A stretch of DNA of 64,000 nucleotides from a virus: positions 113,352 through 177,351 of the IMG/VR virus record IMGVR_UViG_3300046170_000502. One strand, written 5' to 3'. Positions 39,301-49,278 of the stretch are shown here, piece after piece. A program made the translations under genes and the position numbers. Position 1 is the first letter of the stretch; every line of letters starts with the position of its first letter. The notes below the pieces were generated by a model. That model saw nothing but the letters and a program-made list of their open reading frames with translations. It did not search any database and was not told the origin of the DNA.

Positions 39301-42282
39301 TTTTGGTAATTGCTTGAGTTCTTGCTTTAATTCTTTGTTTAATTTAAGCATTAACCTATTTCTCTCTTTTCTATTGCCTGCAGAGCTTTCTATATCTGAG
39401 GTTTGGAAATAATCTTGAGCATAATTAGGAACAAATCCATTCGCACCAAATACATCGCGCAATCCATTTGGTTCGTCTTGTGTGTTGGTTACGCCGAGAC
39501 CAATTGGGTTACTTTTATTCATTAATGCTGGATGAGAACCGACACGAATTTGAGAGACAGGAACGCCAGCTTCTTTTTCTCTACCTATTGCATCTGATAA
39601 TGGATTGGCGAAGTTGGGAATAAACCCCGAGGCGTAACCCTTCGGTTTAAGTTTGTTTTGTTGTTGAGATTTATTAAACTTAGCTTGCTTAAGTACTTTT
39701 TTTCTAAAAGAAGCTTTATTTCCTGAACTTCGGTCATCGCTTTTGTAATCAGCTAATGTCATACCATCAGGAAAACCATCAAAAGCTTTTGACAATAACC
39801 CTAAATCCCCACCTCGAACATCGAAGTCTCCCTCATCCTTACCTCTCTTTGACGCAGAATAATCTAAAGCAGAATTAACTGCAGCTTCAAATAAAGCCCC
39901 TACCGCAGCTTTCCATGCTCCCTTTGCTCCGCCAGCAGTGTCGGACTGCATAGTTTTCCAGATCTTATCTCGACTAACTGGACCTCTCTCTAGAACTTTG
40001 GAGATTTTTGAAGCATACTTACTTCCTGTCGACTTGAAGTCACCCTCAACCATTTTGCTTAAAGATGGGTCGGTTTGAGCGTCAGGCCTTAAGGAATAGA
40101 CTGGCCACGTAAGATCGCTGTAGCTAGCAAAAGGTTTGCCGCTATAGCCTTCAGGGGGAACAAGCATTGCGGCTAAAGACTTTTTTGGGCTCTTTAGGGC
40201 TTGGCTTTCTTTATAAGACTTTACAAGCGCTGCCGGAGATAAATTTTGAAGTTTATTTGTTTCTGCGTATTGACGAAGAGCGTTGTATGCTCCCGTGGCC
40301 TTAGTATTACTCGAGGAAGTGCCAGTTCTTATTTCTGCGAATTTTTTAAAAGCTCCGACATCCATATAAGTATTTGGAACATCTTTTACTCTCGCATAGT
40401 TCGGTATATATCCCCCTGCCGCATATGGATCGAATCCATGAACATCCCCAAATGCTTGTTGATAATTTTTTCCAGCTTTGCTTGAATGAGGAGGCATAAT
40501 TGCAGGCTGCTTAAATCCTGCGAAATTTTTAACAGTCTCCGCGCTGTTATATATTACCGAGCCTTCGCCAGGCATTTTCATACTACGAATACTTCCTGCA
40601 GCATATCCACCCTGTGCTGCTTGAGTTCGTTCGGGATTTGCGAAATTTGGAATATGCCCACCAGCTCTTCCTCTTCTTGGTGCAAGATTCGAGCCATACC
40701 CCTGTTTATATAAAGTGCTTGCAGCCTGCTTACTTATCGAATTAAGAGCATTAGCTTCTAAAACTTGAGCCTTCAGCAAGCTTAAGATGATTTTTTCTTT
40801 CTCTGTTCGGCTTATATCTGTCCTAAGCATCTCTTTACTCAAGGCGGAGCTCTGACTGAATAAGTTAACGAGAGACGTTTGAATAGATTTTTGCTTTTGA
40901 GCCTCACTTGTGACGCCAATCAAAGATTTTAGACTTTCATGTGCATACTGAGCGGCTTTCACTAACAATTTGCCAAAAACAGCGACCATCATAACCAAAC
41001 CGGGTCCAGTTATAATATTTCCCAATCCTTTCAAGAACCCTTGTGCAAATGTACTTCCAGCACCTTCTCCGCTACCAAGCAAACCTCCAAGTCCTTCTGC
41101 CGCACTTTTTACAATATTTAAAACTTTCTCCATGCCAGGGGCAAGCATGATTTCCCCAATTTGTGAGCTTACCTGTTTTAGTGCTAGACCCGTCTCAGTC
41201 GCCATGGCGGACATTGTATTTCTTAATTGCTCATTTTTCTGTATCGCTTCATCAGTTGCTCCGGCAGAAATTTGCGTTGCACTCGCGAGAATACCGTTTT
41301 GTTTTGCGGCATCACTAAGCACAGCCTTTAATACATTAATCTGAAAAACGCCCCCGACTGTTTGTGCGATTTGTGCTTGCTGAGCTGCAGTTAATGTATC
41401 AAAAGTATTAGCAAGATCAGTTAGTATTCTTTTTGCACCAATAGTGTTTCCTTCTAAATCTCGAACAGCGATGCCCAAATCTTCCAATTGATTTAAAGTG
41501 TCAGTTCTTCCAATTCTAGTGAAAATTGTCTTGAAGGAGTTTCCGATAACCTTACCACCTCGAGCGGTTTTCTGTTGAGCTGCAGTAACTAAACCAACTA
41601 ATTCATTAATATCAACTCCAGCGCTTTTTGCCGCTTGACCAGTCCTAGAAATAGCGTCCGCAAAATCTTCTGCGCTAACGGCAAACTTAACATCTACTGC
41701 CGCAAACTTACTTACTAGTTGAGTAGTATCTTTTATTTGATCGCCATACGTATTCATTGCAGCAGTTAAAGCTTTTACTGCTGCTGCAGAATCCATGCCC
41801 GTTAACCTTGTTAATATCAAAGCGTCTTTCGTCCGCTTAAGAGACTCCTCAACACTCAAACCTTGTCTAGCATATTCTGTTGCTGCATCAGCAGCAATTT
41901 TAAATGCAGCACCAGTTTCCTTTGCGACTTTAAATAAGCCGTCGCCAAATTTATCTAAATTTTGAGCGCTTAAACCCATAACAACGTTAATGTCCGCAAG
42001 AGATTTTTCAACTTCAACCATGTTTTTGACCATGACTTTGAAAGCGTCAGACACGCCGTTAATGATTGCCATACTTGCCCCGAAAGCAATGATACGAGCA
42101 TTCGCAGCTTCCATTGATTTTGAGAACTCATCAGCTCCGCGTTTCATATTCCCAAGCGGTTGAGTTGCTCCCTTATCATCCACTGTGATTTTAATGGGAG
42201 TTTTCCTTATTCTGGTTACAGCCGCTTGAACAGCCGCCTCAAGAGGAGCTGTATTACCGTTTACATTTAGATTTATAGCCAT
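36336..42282 (-). CDS. Tape measure protein (~1,980 aa; frameshift in the T6 run at 37827-37832)
   Basis: TP901-type core (EYARQG, LTRLTGMD, FKTIFTRI); C-terminal GG...PAMLSEGEYV motifs; removing one A joins the two ORFs (VGEKANLEERTTL). Confidence 0.88.
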
Positions 42283-42308
42283 ATTACCTTATTCCTTGTA
42301 AGGTATTA

Positions 42309-42314
42309 ATACAC
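42309..42314 (-). promoter_or_regulatory. Candidate late promoter GTGTAT
   Basis: 26 nt before ATG 42282; the leader contains AAGG. Confidence 0.5.
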
Positions 42315-42319
42315 TAAAT

Positions 42320-43306
42320 TTATCCTACTCCATGTAATTTCATCAAATCTTCCATATTTAAAGTCCCGCCTTTCTTTTTTGCTTCCTCGTGAAGGTCTAC
42401 GCCTCGTTGCGGTTTCTCCACACCAAGAAATTCGTAATCTTCATCTTTCGCCCCAACAATTGTTCCCGCATCTCCCTCGGACAACTTATTTTTAGCTTTA
42501 TCCCTCTCCTCTTTTGAGCTACTACCAAACTCTAACAATTTCGCGGGATCTCTTTTTATATTATCTGGTATATTTTCATTAGTATCAAATATATTTTTAA
42601 ATATTCTAGTATATACAATCAATCTTATTTGATTATATGTTAAATTACAAAATGGTTTTCCATAAAACTGCATACTATCTTCAGCAAAACTAAGATATGG
42701 ATTATAAAAATCTTCTAATATAGTATATTGTATATTTTCTTCATTAAAACTTTGGAATATTTCATTATACAATATAATTATTTTCTTAATGTCTTGATTC
42801 TCAAGTTCGTCAAAACCTTGTTCATCAAATATCTTTCGATTTAATTGTTCATCCTCAAAAAAAGAGTTAATCATATAAAAATCATTTAATCTATCTTTTG
42901 CATATTTCTCGCAGGTATTCCCAATAAGAGAATTTTTTAAATTTCGTTTGGTGACCAGTTCAGCTTCTTCTTTTTCGATAAGTTTTTCTTGTTTTTCTAT
43001 TTGAGTCTTTAGCACCATTTTGCCTTTTGTCTTCTTGAGGTTTTCAACATAAAAGGTTTTTTCTTCTATAAATTTCTCATCCTCCTCGGTCCACTGTTCT
43101 TCGTCTCTCAAAAAAGATAACATATCCTGTTCAGTGGGAACTCCGCGACTTAGCGCTGAATCGAAGTATCTTTCCTCGATTTCCTCAAGCTCCACTTGAT
43201 CGTGTGGAGTTAAATGTTTAATGTAAACCAATTTATCGTTAAAAAGGGCGGTTGAATACCCTCTAACGACATCTCTAAAAATTCTTCTGCGTTTTGTCGC
43301 TTCCAC
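42320..43306 (-). CDS. Putative tail assembly chaperone
   Basis: Helical acidic protein immediately upstream of the tape measure. Confidence 0.5.
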   Translation of the reverse strand: MEATKRRRIFRDVVRGYSTALFNDKLVYIKHLTPHDQVELEEIEERYFDSALSRGVPTEQDMLSFLRDEEQWTEEDEKFIEEKTFYVENLKKTKGKMVLKTQIEKQEKLIEKEEAELVTKRNLKNSLIGNTCEKYAKDRLNDFYMINSFFEDEQLNRKIFDEQGFDELENQDIKKIIILYNEIFQSFNEENIQYTILEDFYNPYLSFAEDSMQFYGKPFCNLTYNQIRLIVYTRIFKNIFDTNENIPDNIKRDPAKLLEFGSSSKEERDKAKNKLSEGDAGTIVGAKDEDYEFLGVEKPQRGVDLHEEAKKKGGTLNMEDLMKLHGVG

Positions 43307-43309
43307 GCA

Positions 43310-44119
43310 TTATACTTTTCCCTCTTCGATATCTTGATCTAATTTCTCCATATCTATATGGGATACCGTCCCAGAACTATAATACCAAAAACTATATAAG
43401 GCTGCGATCTTACCCCCAACCAAGTCGTACAATTCATTTCCATCTTCTTCCATCTCGTAATATACTTGTAGTTTTTGGTCAAAATCCCTTCCCTCAAATA
43501 AAAGGCTCATTTCATCATCTTGATCTTTTTGTATATAAGTAAGATTCAAGATATACCATTGAATAACTTTATTCTCAGCTCTTACATCTGCAGTATGATT
43601 AAATAAATTAGAATATGATGTTTCAACATTAATAATATCTTTTCTTAATACCGCAATCCTTCCAGCGATTTCATTCATGCGCTCTTTATTCTTTTCGCTT
43701 TTTACGTTCTTTATTTGTAATTTTTCATTCTCTTGGGACAATTCTCCGTACTCAACATACATTTTAGTTAAAGCTTTCGCGTCCTCTTCGGCAAGAAGAC
43801 CTCCGGTATCGCTATATTTTTTTGCAAGCATTGCTTTAGTCAGAATTCCCCTCTTTATACAGTTACTCATTTCGACACTAAACTCTAATTCGGCTTCTTC
43901 AATTTGCCTCCGGGTTGGTTGCTTCATTACAAGCCTATATGGAATTTTTTCTACAACGTCCTTAGTGACAGAAATTTCTTCCTCCTGATCAGTCTCTTCG
44001 TTTTTAATTTTTTTCGTTTCTGTCTGTTTGACTTTTTGCTCTTTCTCGAAAGCAAAACTATAAATTTCTCGCATTTTCTTACGAGTATCATTCATTGTTT
44101 CCATTGTTGCCTCTGCCAT
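43310..44119 (-). CDS. Putative tail assembly chaperone
   Basis: Position and charged helical composition. Confidence 0.5.
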   Translation of the reverse strand: MAEATMETMNDTRKKMREIYSFAFEKEQKVKQTETKKIKNEETDQEEEISVTKDVVEKIPYRLVMKQPTRRQIEEAELEFSVEMSNCIKRGILTKAMLAKKYSDTGGLLAEEDAKALTKMYVEYGELSQENEKLQIKNVKSEKNKERMNEIAGRIAVLRKDIINVETSYSNLFNHTADVRAENKVIQWYILNLTYIQKDQDDEMSLLFEGRDFDQKLQVYYEMEEDGNELYDLVGGKIAALYSFWYYSSGTVSHIDMEKLDQDIEEGKV

Positions 44120-44128
44120 AATATATTT

Positions 44129-44416
44129 TTAGTTAAATGTGAATTCTATAGTATAATTATCTAATTCCAACTCAATATTTCTAATTGTTTCATTACCAAT
44201 ATCCAGAGTTCTTTTTCTTAAATGCTGAAGCTTACGTTCGTCAAAATAATCAGCTTGTTCCACTATAGGGACACAGCCTTCCGGTAAATTAATTCTTAAT
44301 TTATCAAAATTAATTTGATGCTCTTTATGTAAATCCTCAAGCATAACAAGAAACCCTTTAAAAAGGGAAACCGTATTCCTGTGATAACATTTTTTAAAAA
44401 TGTCTTCTGCGTTCAT
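44129..44416 (-). CDS. Hypothetical protein
   Basis: 95-aa ORF with GTGTAT and AAGG upstream. Confidence 0.7.
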   Translation of the reverse strand: MNAEDIFKKCYHRNTVSLFKGFLVMLEDLHKEHQINFDKLRINLPEGCVPIVEQADYFDERKLQHLRKRTLDIGNETIRNIELELDNYTIEFTFN

Positions 44417-44436
44417 ATCCTTATACCTACAAATCT

Positions 44437-44463
44437 ATACACAAAAAAATATCTTTAGTGTAA
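44437..44463. promoter_or_regulatory. Divergent pair of GTGTA(A/T) motifs
   Basis: ATACAC-15-GTGTAA between divergent late genes; the + copy is 8 nt before ATG 44472. Confidence 0.6.
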
Positions 44464-44471
44464 AATCTTTT

Positions 44472-44936
44472 ATGCCAGAATTTTTATCGCCATCAGACAG
44501 AGCTTCAATAGCCTCGAACCTACTTGACCTTCACGATACTTTTGGAAGAGATATAATTGTTTACAAAGAAGCGAAGAAAGTTGTAATTAGTACAGATCCG
44601 TCCTACAATCATTTATACGGAAACTCTGGGCCTTCAACTCCAAGTGTGCAAAATGTTCCAGTAAGGAAGGTTTTTAAAGCAAGAATTAGATACGACACAG
44701 ACAGAAGTCTGGAGTATTTCGGGGAAACTGACGCGCAAGTAAAAGTGGCAAGAACAGACCCAAGTAGCACGGTTAGAATAAAGTTAAAAATAGAGGATTA
44801 CAACTATATAAAAGAAGCAAAAAGAATAGAGCTTGATGGAAGAATGTTTCATGTAGAATCTGATCCGCGAGCGCACGGACTATTTGATGTAGTACAATTT
44901 TATACTTTATTCTTAAAACCAATAGAAGCGAAATGA
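44472..44936 (+). CDS. Putative head-tail joining (closure) protein (start revised to ATG 44472)
   Basis: RIELDGRMFHVESDPR beta-barrel pattern; first gene of the neck cluster. Confidence 0.55.
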   Translation: MPEFLSPSDRASIASNLLDLHDTFGRDIIVYKEAKKVVISTDPSYNHLYGNSGPSTPSVQNVPVRKVFKARIRYDTDRSLEYFGETDAQVKVARTDPSSTVRIKLKIEDYNYIKEAKRIELDGRMFHVESDPRAHGLFDVVQFYTLFLKPIEAK

Positions 44937-45559
44937 GTAAAATTTTAAACAGAGGAGTGAAAGTCGATCTAATCAGGCAATTAAAAAATAATAAATCATT
45001 AAATCAGCAAGTCAGAATTGCAATAGAGGGGCAATTCAAGCAAAAAAAAGATAAGCTTATGGATGAATTTCAAAAACACCCAGTCACAAGAGAACTAAAA
45101 GCTGGATCGCAATCTTCCAATATAACGAATTCTCTTTCTGGAGGAAACCTATTTGGATTTATTGGTTTCGAAGAAGGAGGTGACCCCGTTTCCGCTATCG
45201 AGTTAGCCTTAAATAAAACAGCAATCTTAATAAAGCAAAGAAAATTTGGATCATTCGGGCTTGTATGGACCTATCTAGTGACCTCACCGTCAATGAAAGA
45301 TTTATACTCTGCGACGCCATTACCTTGGGCAAGAGGTTCTAGTTGGCTAAGGGAGCTAGAAGGCAGAGGAATCCCTAACTTAGGTCAGTATATGTTCAAA
45401 AGATCAAGCTCGTCAAGTAGATCTGGAGCCGGAATTCAAAATACAAAAAAGAGCAGAGGGGGAAGGCTAAAAATCCCTTATGTTAAAGAGCTTTTAATGA
45501 AATTCGAAAACGATTTAAATTCAATAGACGCATCAAGAGTTTCTCGCTCTAATTTTTAA
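44933..45559 (+). CDS. Putative neck protein
   Basis: Position between the closure and terminator candidates; SWLRELEGRG. Confidence 0.45.
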   Translation: MSKILNRGVKVDLIRQLKNNKSLNQQVRIAIEGQFKQKKDKLMDEFQKHPVTRELKAGSQSSNITNSLSGGNLFGFIGFEEGGDPVSAIELALNKTAILIKQRKFGSFGLVWTYLVTSPSMKDLYSATPLPWARGSSWLRELEGRGIPNLGQYMFKRSSSSSRSGAGIQNTKKSRGGRLKIPYVKELLMKFENDLNSIDASRVSRSNF

Positions 45560-45560
45560 T

Positions 45561-46409
45561 ATGAAACCTCAATTCCAACACGAACTAACGACAAGCTTTA
45601 TGCTTTGGGCTGATAATTTTATAACAAACAAAGGGGAAGCCTTTCAAAATCATACTGCGCCCTTATACCCAATGGGAACAGATGATAGGTTGGGGGATGG
45701 TTTTGTAGCTTATAGCAGCCCTCACAAGCAATGGGTTTTTGACGAAAGCGTTAATGGAGCTCAAATTCCAAGCGGAATATATAATAATGGTAATTTCATA
45801 AACAGGGGCGACGACGGATTAATATTAGATTTCGACAATGGAAGAGTTATGCTCGACGCATCCTTCGGAGAGAATAATCCATCATTAAGTGGAACTTATT
45901 CAGTTAAAGAATTTAATTTTTACATAACAAATCAAACAGAAGAGCAATTAATTATAGAAAATAAATTTGACTCCAACGATAGATTCAAACAAGAACTTTC
46001 TGGAATCGCTCCCTACAACCAAGTCGTTCCAGCAGTTTTTGTTAACCCCGAGCTTGTGGAAAATCAACCCTTTGCCTTTGGGGGTGAAGACAAAACTACG
46101 ACTAATATTAGATGCGTGATCTTCGCAGAGAGCACTTATCAGCTTGATGGAGCTCTTTCTTTATTCTCGGACTCAAGAAACGAAGTTTTTTCTAAATTAA
46201 GCTTCGAAGATTACCCGATAAATGAATATGGAGATGTCTCAGGATTTAATTATAAAGACCTAGCTATTTCTAAAAAAACTAACCTTTTCCATATTGAAGA
46301 AGCTAGGGTATCTAAGCTTAGCGACAGAGTCAGTAAAAACATTGACGCTTCACTTTTTATTGGCTTTGCTGATTTCGAGGTTACAAATTTAAGATTTCCT
46401 CGTGTGTAA
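45561..46409 (+). CDS. Putative tail terminator/completion protein
   Basis: PAVFV...PFAFGG...IRCVIF...LDGALSLF...FADFEV pattern; precedes the tube gene. Confidence 0.55.
   Translation: MKPQFQHELTTSFMLWADNFITNKGEAFQNHTAPLYPMGTDDRLGDGFVAYSSPHKQWVFDESVNGAQIPSGIYNNGNFINRGDDGLILDFDNGRVMLDASFGENNPSLSGTYSVKEFNFYITNQTEEQLIIENKFDSNDRFKQELSGIAPYNQVVPAVFVNPELVENQPFAFGGEDKTTTNIRCVIFAESTYQLDGALSLFSDSRNEVFSKLSFEDYPINEYGDVSGFNYKDLAISKKTNLFHIEEARVSKLSDRVSKNIDASLFIGFADFEVTNLRFPRV
46404..46409 (+). promoter_or_regulatory. Candidate late promoter GTGTAA
   Basis: 66 nt before ATG 46476, overlapping the upstream stop codon. Confidence 0.4.
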
Positions 46410-46475
46410 ATTTCCCTTTATTTAATAATAAATGTAAAATAAGTCAGTAACTTAAATTCAAACTATTTTTATACC

Positions 46476-47765
46476 ATGGCAAGATCAAGAGTAATTTATC
46501 AAAGTGAGGCTTTATACGCCGGAACAGTTGACGCTACAGGCAACCATTTTTCTGTATCAGGAAACGCGGATGCAGGTTTTTCTGGAGTGGCGACGCAAGC
46601 CGATGCAGATGCAGTAATCGCAAATGCGGGTGGAGGAGAAATTCGCACAGGAGTTATGCAACTTCGAAGAGTTCAAAATGCAAATTATAGTTTTTCAGTC
46701 AACAGGCAAGACGTCAATCAGTTTGGTCAACTAGCGAGAATTGATTCTGTCGCAATTGACCCGCCAACAGTTAGTTTAGATTTTAGTTACTACTTAACAA
46801 ACGGTTTAAATGAAAGAATTATAGGGTTTAACGTTGATGGTCAAACAGCTTCTCTTGCTGATAAAATTTGCCTAGGAACTGCAGACACAATACCAAATCC
46901 TGATGGAAAAAACTATTTTATACTTACAGTTCCACAAGGAAAAGATGCGGTAGGAAATGCAAGCGTTGAACAAGATAAAAGTGTCATAGCTTTAGGTAAC
47001 GGCTTCGTTTCTAATTATTCGATTGAAGCCTCAGTCGGGGGAATGCCTACAGCAAACATTACCGTTGATGGTTTAAATTTAAGAAGTTACACTGGCACGC
47101 AAGATTTACCTGTTCCCGCAGTTCAGACTAATTTTGGAATTCCTGTAACCGGAGAAGAGTTTTCTCTACCAGATGCAATCAGTGGAGTAAACGAAGTGGA
47201 TGAAGATATTGATTACGGAGAAGAGGGTGTATCCTGCTTACGACCTGGAGACATAGTTCTTAAATTAGGAAATGGCGGAAGAGGAGGCTTAATGGAACTT
47301 CTTCCCGATGGTTCGGAGCCAGAGAAAGATTATAACGAAGGCTCATCCCACATCCAAAGCTTTAGTATTGATACACCAATGAGCAGAAGCTCAATTCAGA
47401 GACTAGGAAATCCTTTTGGATATGCAAAAGTAACAGATTTCCCAATCAACATTTCTGTTTCTGTTAGCGCTATTTTATCTGACCTTAAAGAAGGTAATGT
47501 TATCGATTTATTATTCTCCAAAGAAAAGCATGACCTAGAATTCACTCTTCATGAACCGAATCAATTCGGTACAGGCGACATTGCAATGAAATATACAGTC
47601 AAAGGCGCTCAATTAGAAGGTGAGTCATTCAGCTCTTCAATTGGAGACAATAAGTCTGTAGATTTAACATTCACCGCCCAAGTAGGTGGTCCAGAAGATA
47701 ACTTAAATGGTTTATTTATTAGTGGTTCTAAAAATGCTTTAGATATCACTGGAAAATTCGCTTAA
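46476..47765 (+). CDS. Major tail tube protein (internally duplicated fold)
   Basis: RVQNANYSFSVNRQDVNQFGQ...PPTVSLDFSY is repeated as HIQSFSIDTPMSRSSIQRLG...FPINISVSV. Confidence 0.75.
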   Translation: MARSRVIYQSEALYAGTVDATGNHFSVSGNADAGFSGVATQADADAVIANAGGGEIRTGVMQLRRVQNANYSFSVNRQDVNQFGQLARIDSVAIDPPTVSLDFSYYLTNGLNERIIGFNVDGQTASLADKICLGTADTIPNPDGKNYFILTVPQGKDAVGNASVEQDKSVIALGNGFVSNYSIEASVGGMPTANITVDGLNLRSYTGTQDLPVPAVQTNFGIPVTGEEFSLPDAISGVNEVDEDIDYGEEGVSCLRPGDIVLKLGNGGRGGLMELLPDGSEPEKDYNEGSSHIQSFSIDTPMSRSSIQRLGNPFGYAKVTDFPINISVSVSAILSDLKEGNVIDLLFSKEKHDLEFTLHEPNQFGTGDIAMKYTVKGAQLEGESFSSSIGDNKSVDLTFTAQVGGPEDNLNGLFISGSKNALDITGKFA

Positions 47766-47769
47766 CGCT

Positions 47770-49227
47770 TTAAGCAAAATACAAACGTAAACCCTTCGAC
47801 TTGTCGACACTGTAGGTTAGTTCGCAACTAACCATTGAGCTATCCCCAATTGTATGGGAGTAATTCTGCTGTTTGAGTTGGGCGTCATTTATTTCGAATA
47901 TTAATTTATTTGCTATTAAATATGATAAATTTATACTAATCAAGTCAAAGTTTATATCTGTGACCGCAAACTTCCTCCAACCAACTTGGGTATATGCGTG
48001 CACGAAATCGCTTTCGAAAAACAAATCCCCAACTTGCGGACTTGGTATGTCTCGAGTAGATGGTGTCATTCGAATTTGACCCCAAGAGTCTCCGCTTATG
48101 CAAATATAAAATAAATTACCATCGGAGCTCAAGTTAATATCTCCTGCTTCCCCAGCTCCAAGAGATGCCTGCGCCGGAACGAATGCTGTCCTTCTCCATG
48201 TATTCTCAGCTATGGTTAAGTAGTAGTGGTATCTATCTACCAAAAAATCTCTGGCAGATCCAATTATTCTCTCTGAAATTGGTTGGCTTATGAACATATC
48301 GTATACTGCCGACTCAGAGAAGAAGGAGTCTATTTCTCCCTCAGAAAAGCCTCGTATTATCATATCCATAGAAACATTACCAATAATAGGTAATTTCAAC
48401 TTTCTATTAAATACATAATTACTCCCAAACCCATAAATACTTTGTCTCTCAATCGGTAAATCTACGTTTATATTTTGAATAGCGGCCTCTACGGTGTGTA
48501 TATCTGCGCCTCCCTGTTTGCCAGATTTTTTAACTATCGTAATATCAATGCTTCCAGGAGGGGCTGCAGCAAACTCTGGATCAAAAGATTCATCAAACAC
48601 ATCTCCGTCTAAAATTATCCTTTCAGTAGACTTGGCGTTATCTACGCCTAATTTAACCGCTGGTAATGTTGGCTTATCCGCCTGGTTGTAACTGTCAAAT
48701 TTCATGTTGCTTCCCGCATAAGACAAAGAACTTGTTGCTAATTGGCCAACTTGAGCGCTGTACTGATAATTAGTTAAAAAACAATTACCAATCCCTATAA
48801 CATTATAATCTTGAAAATCAGACTCTAACTTCAAATGATTCGTGTCATTATGAGGATCCTTACTTGATGCTACGAGAACGATGTTTGTGTCATCAGTTTT
48901 TTCTGCCCCTATGAAATTTTTTAATATACTACCACCCTTACCAATAAAAAGCCCAGAGTTATACTCATTTTGCCCTTCTGAGAAAAGGTAATTTATACTA
49001 CAATTAACATCCGGAGCCCTAATTACTGGGCTTTGTCCGCTCCTAGTAACAAGCTTGTCAGAACCCACAGATTTCACATCAAGAGATTGGTGGGAAAATC
49101 CATATTCCATACTCTGCACTCTAATTAAATCCTCAAAAACGCTCCCGCTTTCCTTGTAAGCTGGTGAATCAGTAAGCATAACACCTAACCTTTCGTAAGT
49201 CAACCGACTAATAACTCCTTTTGCCAT
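47770..49227 (-). CDS. Tail tube paralogue with inserted triple-repeat module
   Basis: RVQSMEYGF, GNCFLTNYQYSAQVG and IQNINVDLPIERQSIYGFG align with 46476..47765. Confidence 0.7.
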   Translation of the reverse strand: MAKGVISRLTYERLGVMLTDSPAYKESGSVFEDLIRVQSMEYGFSHQSLDVKSVGSDKLVTRSGQSPVIRAPDVNCSINYLFSEGQNEYNSGLFIGKGGSILKNFIGAEKTDDTNIVLVASSKDPHNDTNHLKLESDFQDYNVIGIGNCFLTNYQYSAQVGQLATSSLSYAGSNMKFDSYNQADKPTLPAVKLGVDNAKSTERIILDGDVFDESFDPEFAAAPPGSIDITIVKKSGKQGGADIHTVEAAIQNINVDLPIERQSIYGFGSNYVFNRKLKLPIIGNVSMDMIIRGFSEGEIDSFFSESAVYDMFISQPISERIIGSARDFLVDRYHYYLTIAENTWRRTAFVPAQASLGAGEAGDINLSSDGNLFYICISGDSWGQIRMTPSTRDIPSPQVGDLFFESDFVHAYTQVGWRKFAVTDINFDLISINLSYLIANKLIFEINDAQLKQQNYSHTIGDSSMVSCELTYSVDKSKGLRLYFA

Positions 49228-49235
49228 TAAAGTTA

Positions 49236-49263
49236 TTACACAAATTCTGCTGTTTTGGTGTAA
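49236..49263. promoter_or_regulatory. Divergent pair of GTGTAA motifs
   Basis: TTACAC-16-GTGTAA between ATG 49227 (8 nt away) and ATG 49279 (15 nt away). Confidence 0.6.
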
Positions 49264-49278
49264 TAAAGATAGTTCTCT

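Noticed and set aside
36415-41344. Multiple + strand ORFs within the tape measure
   Set aside because: Antisense shadows of Gly/Ala-rich codons with no independent signals.
47760-47775. Inverted repeat GCTTAA-CGCT-TTAAGC between convergent tube genes
   Set aside because: Formed by both genes ending GCT TAA; only a 6-bp weak stem, not supportable as a terminator.
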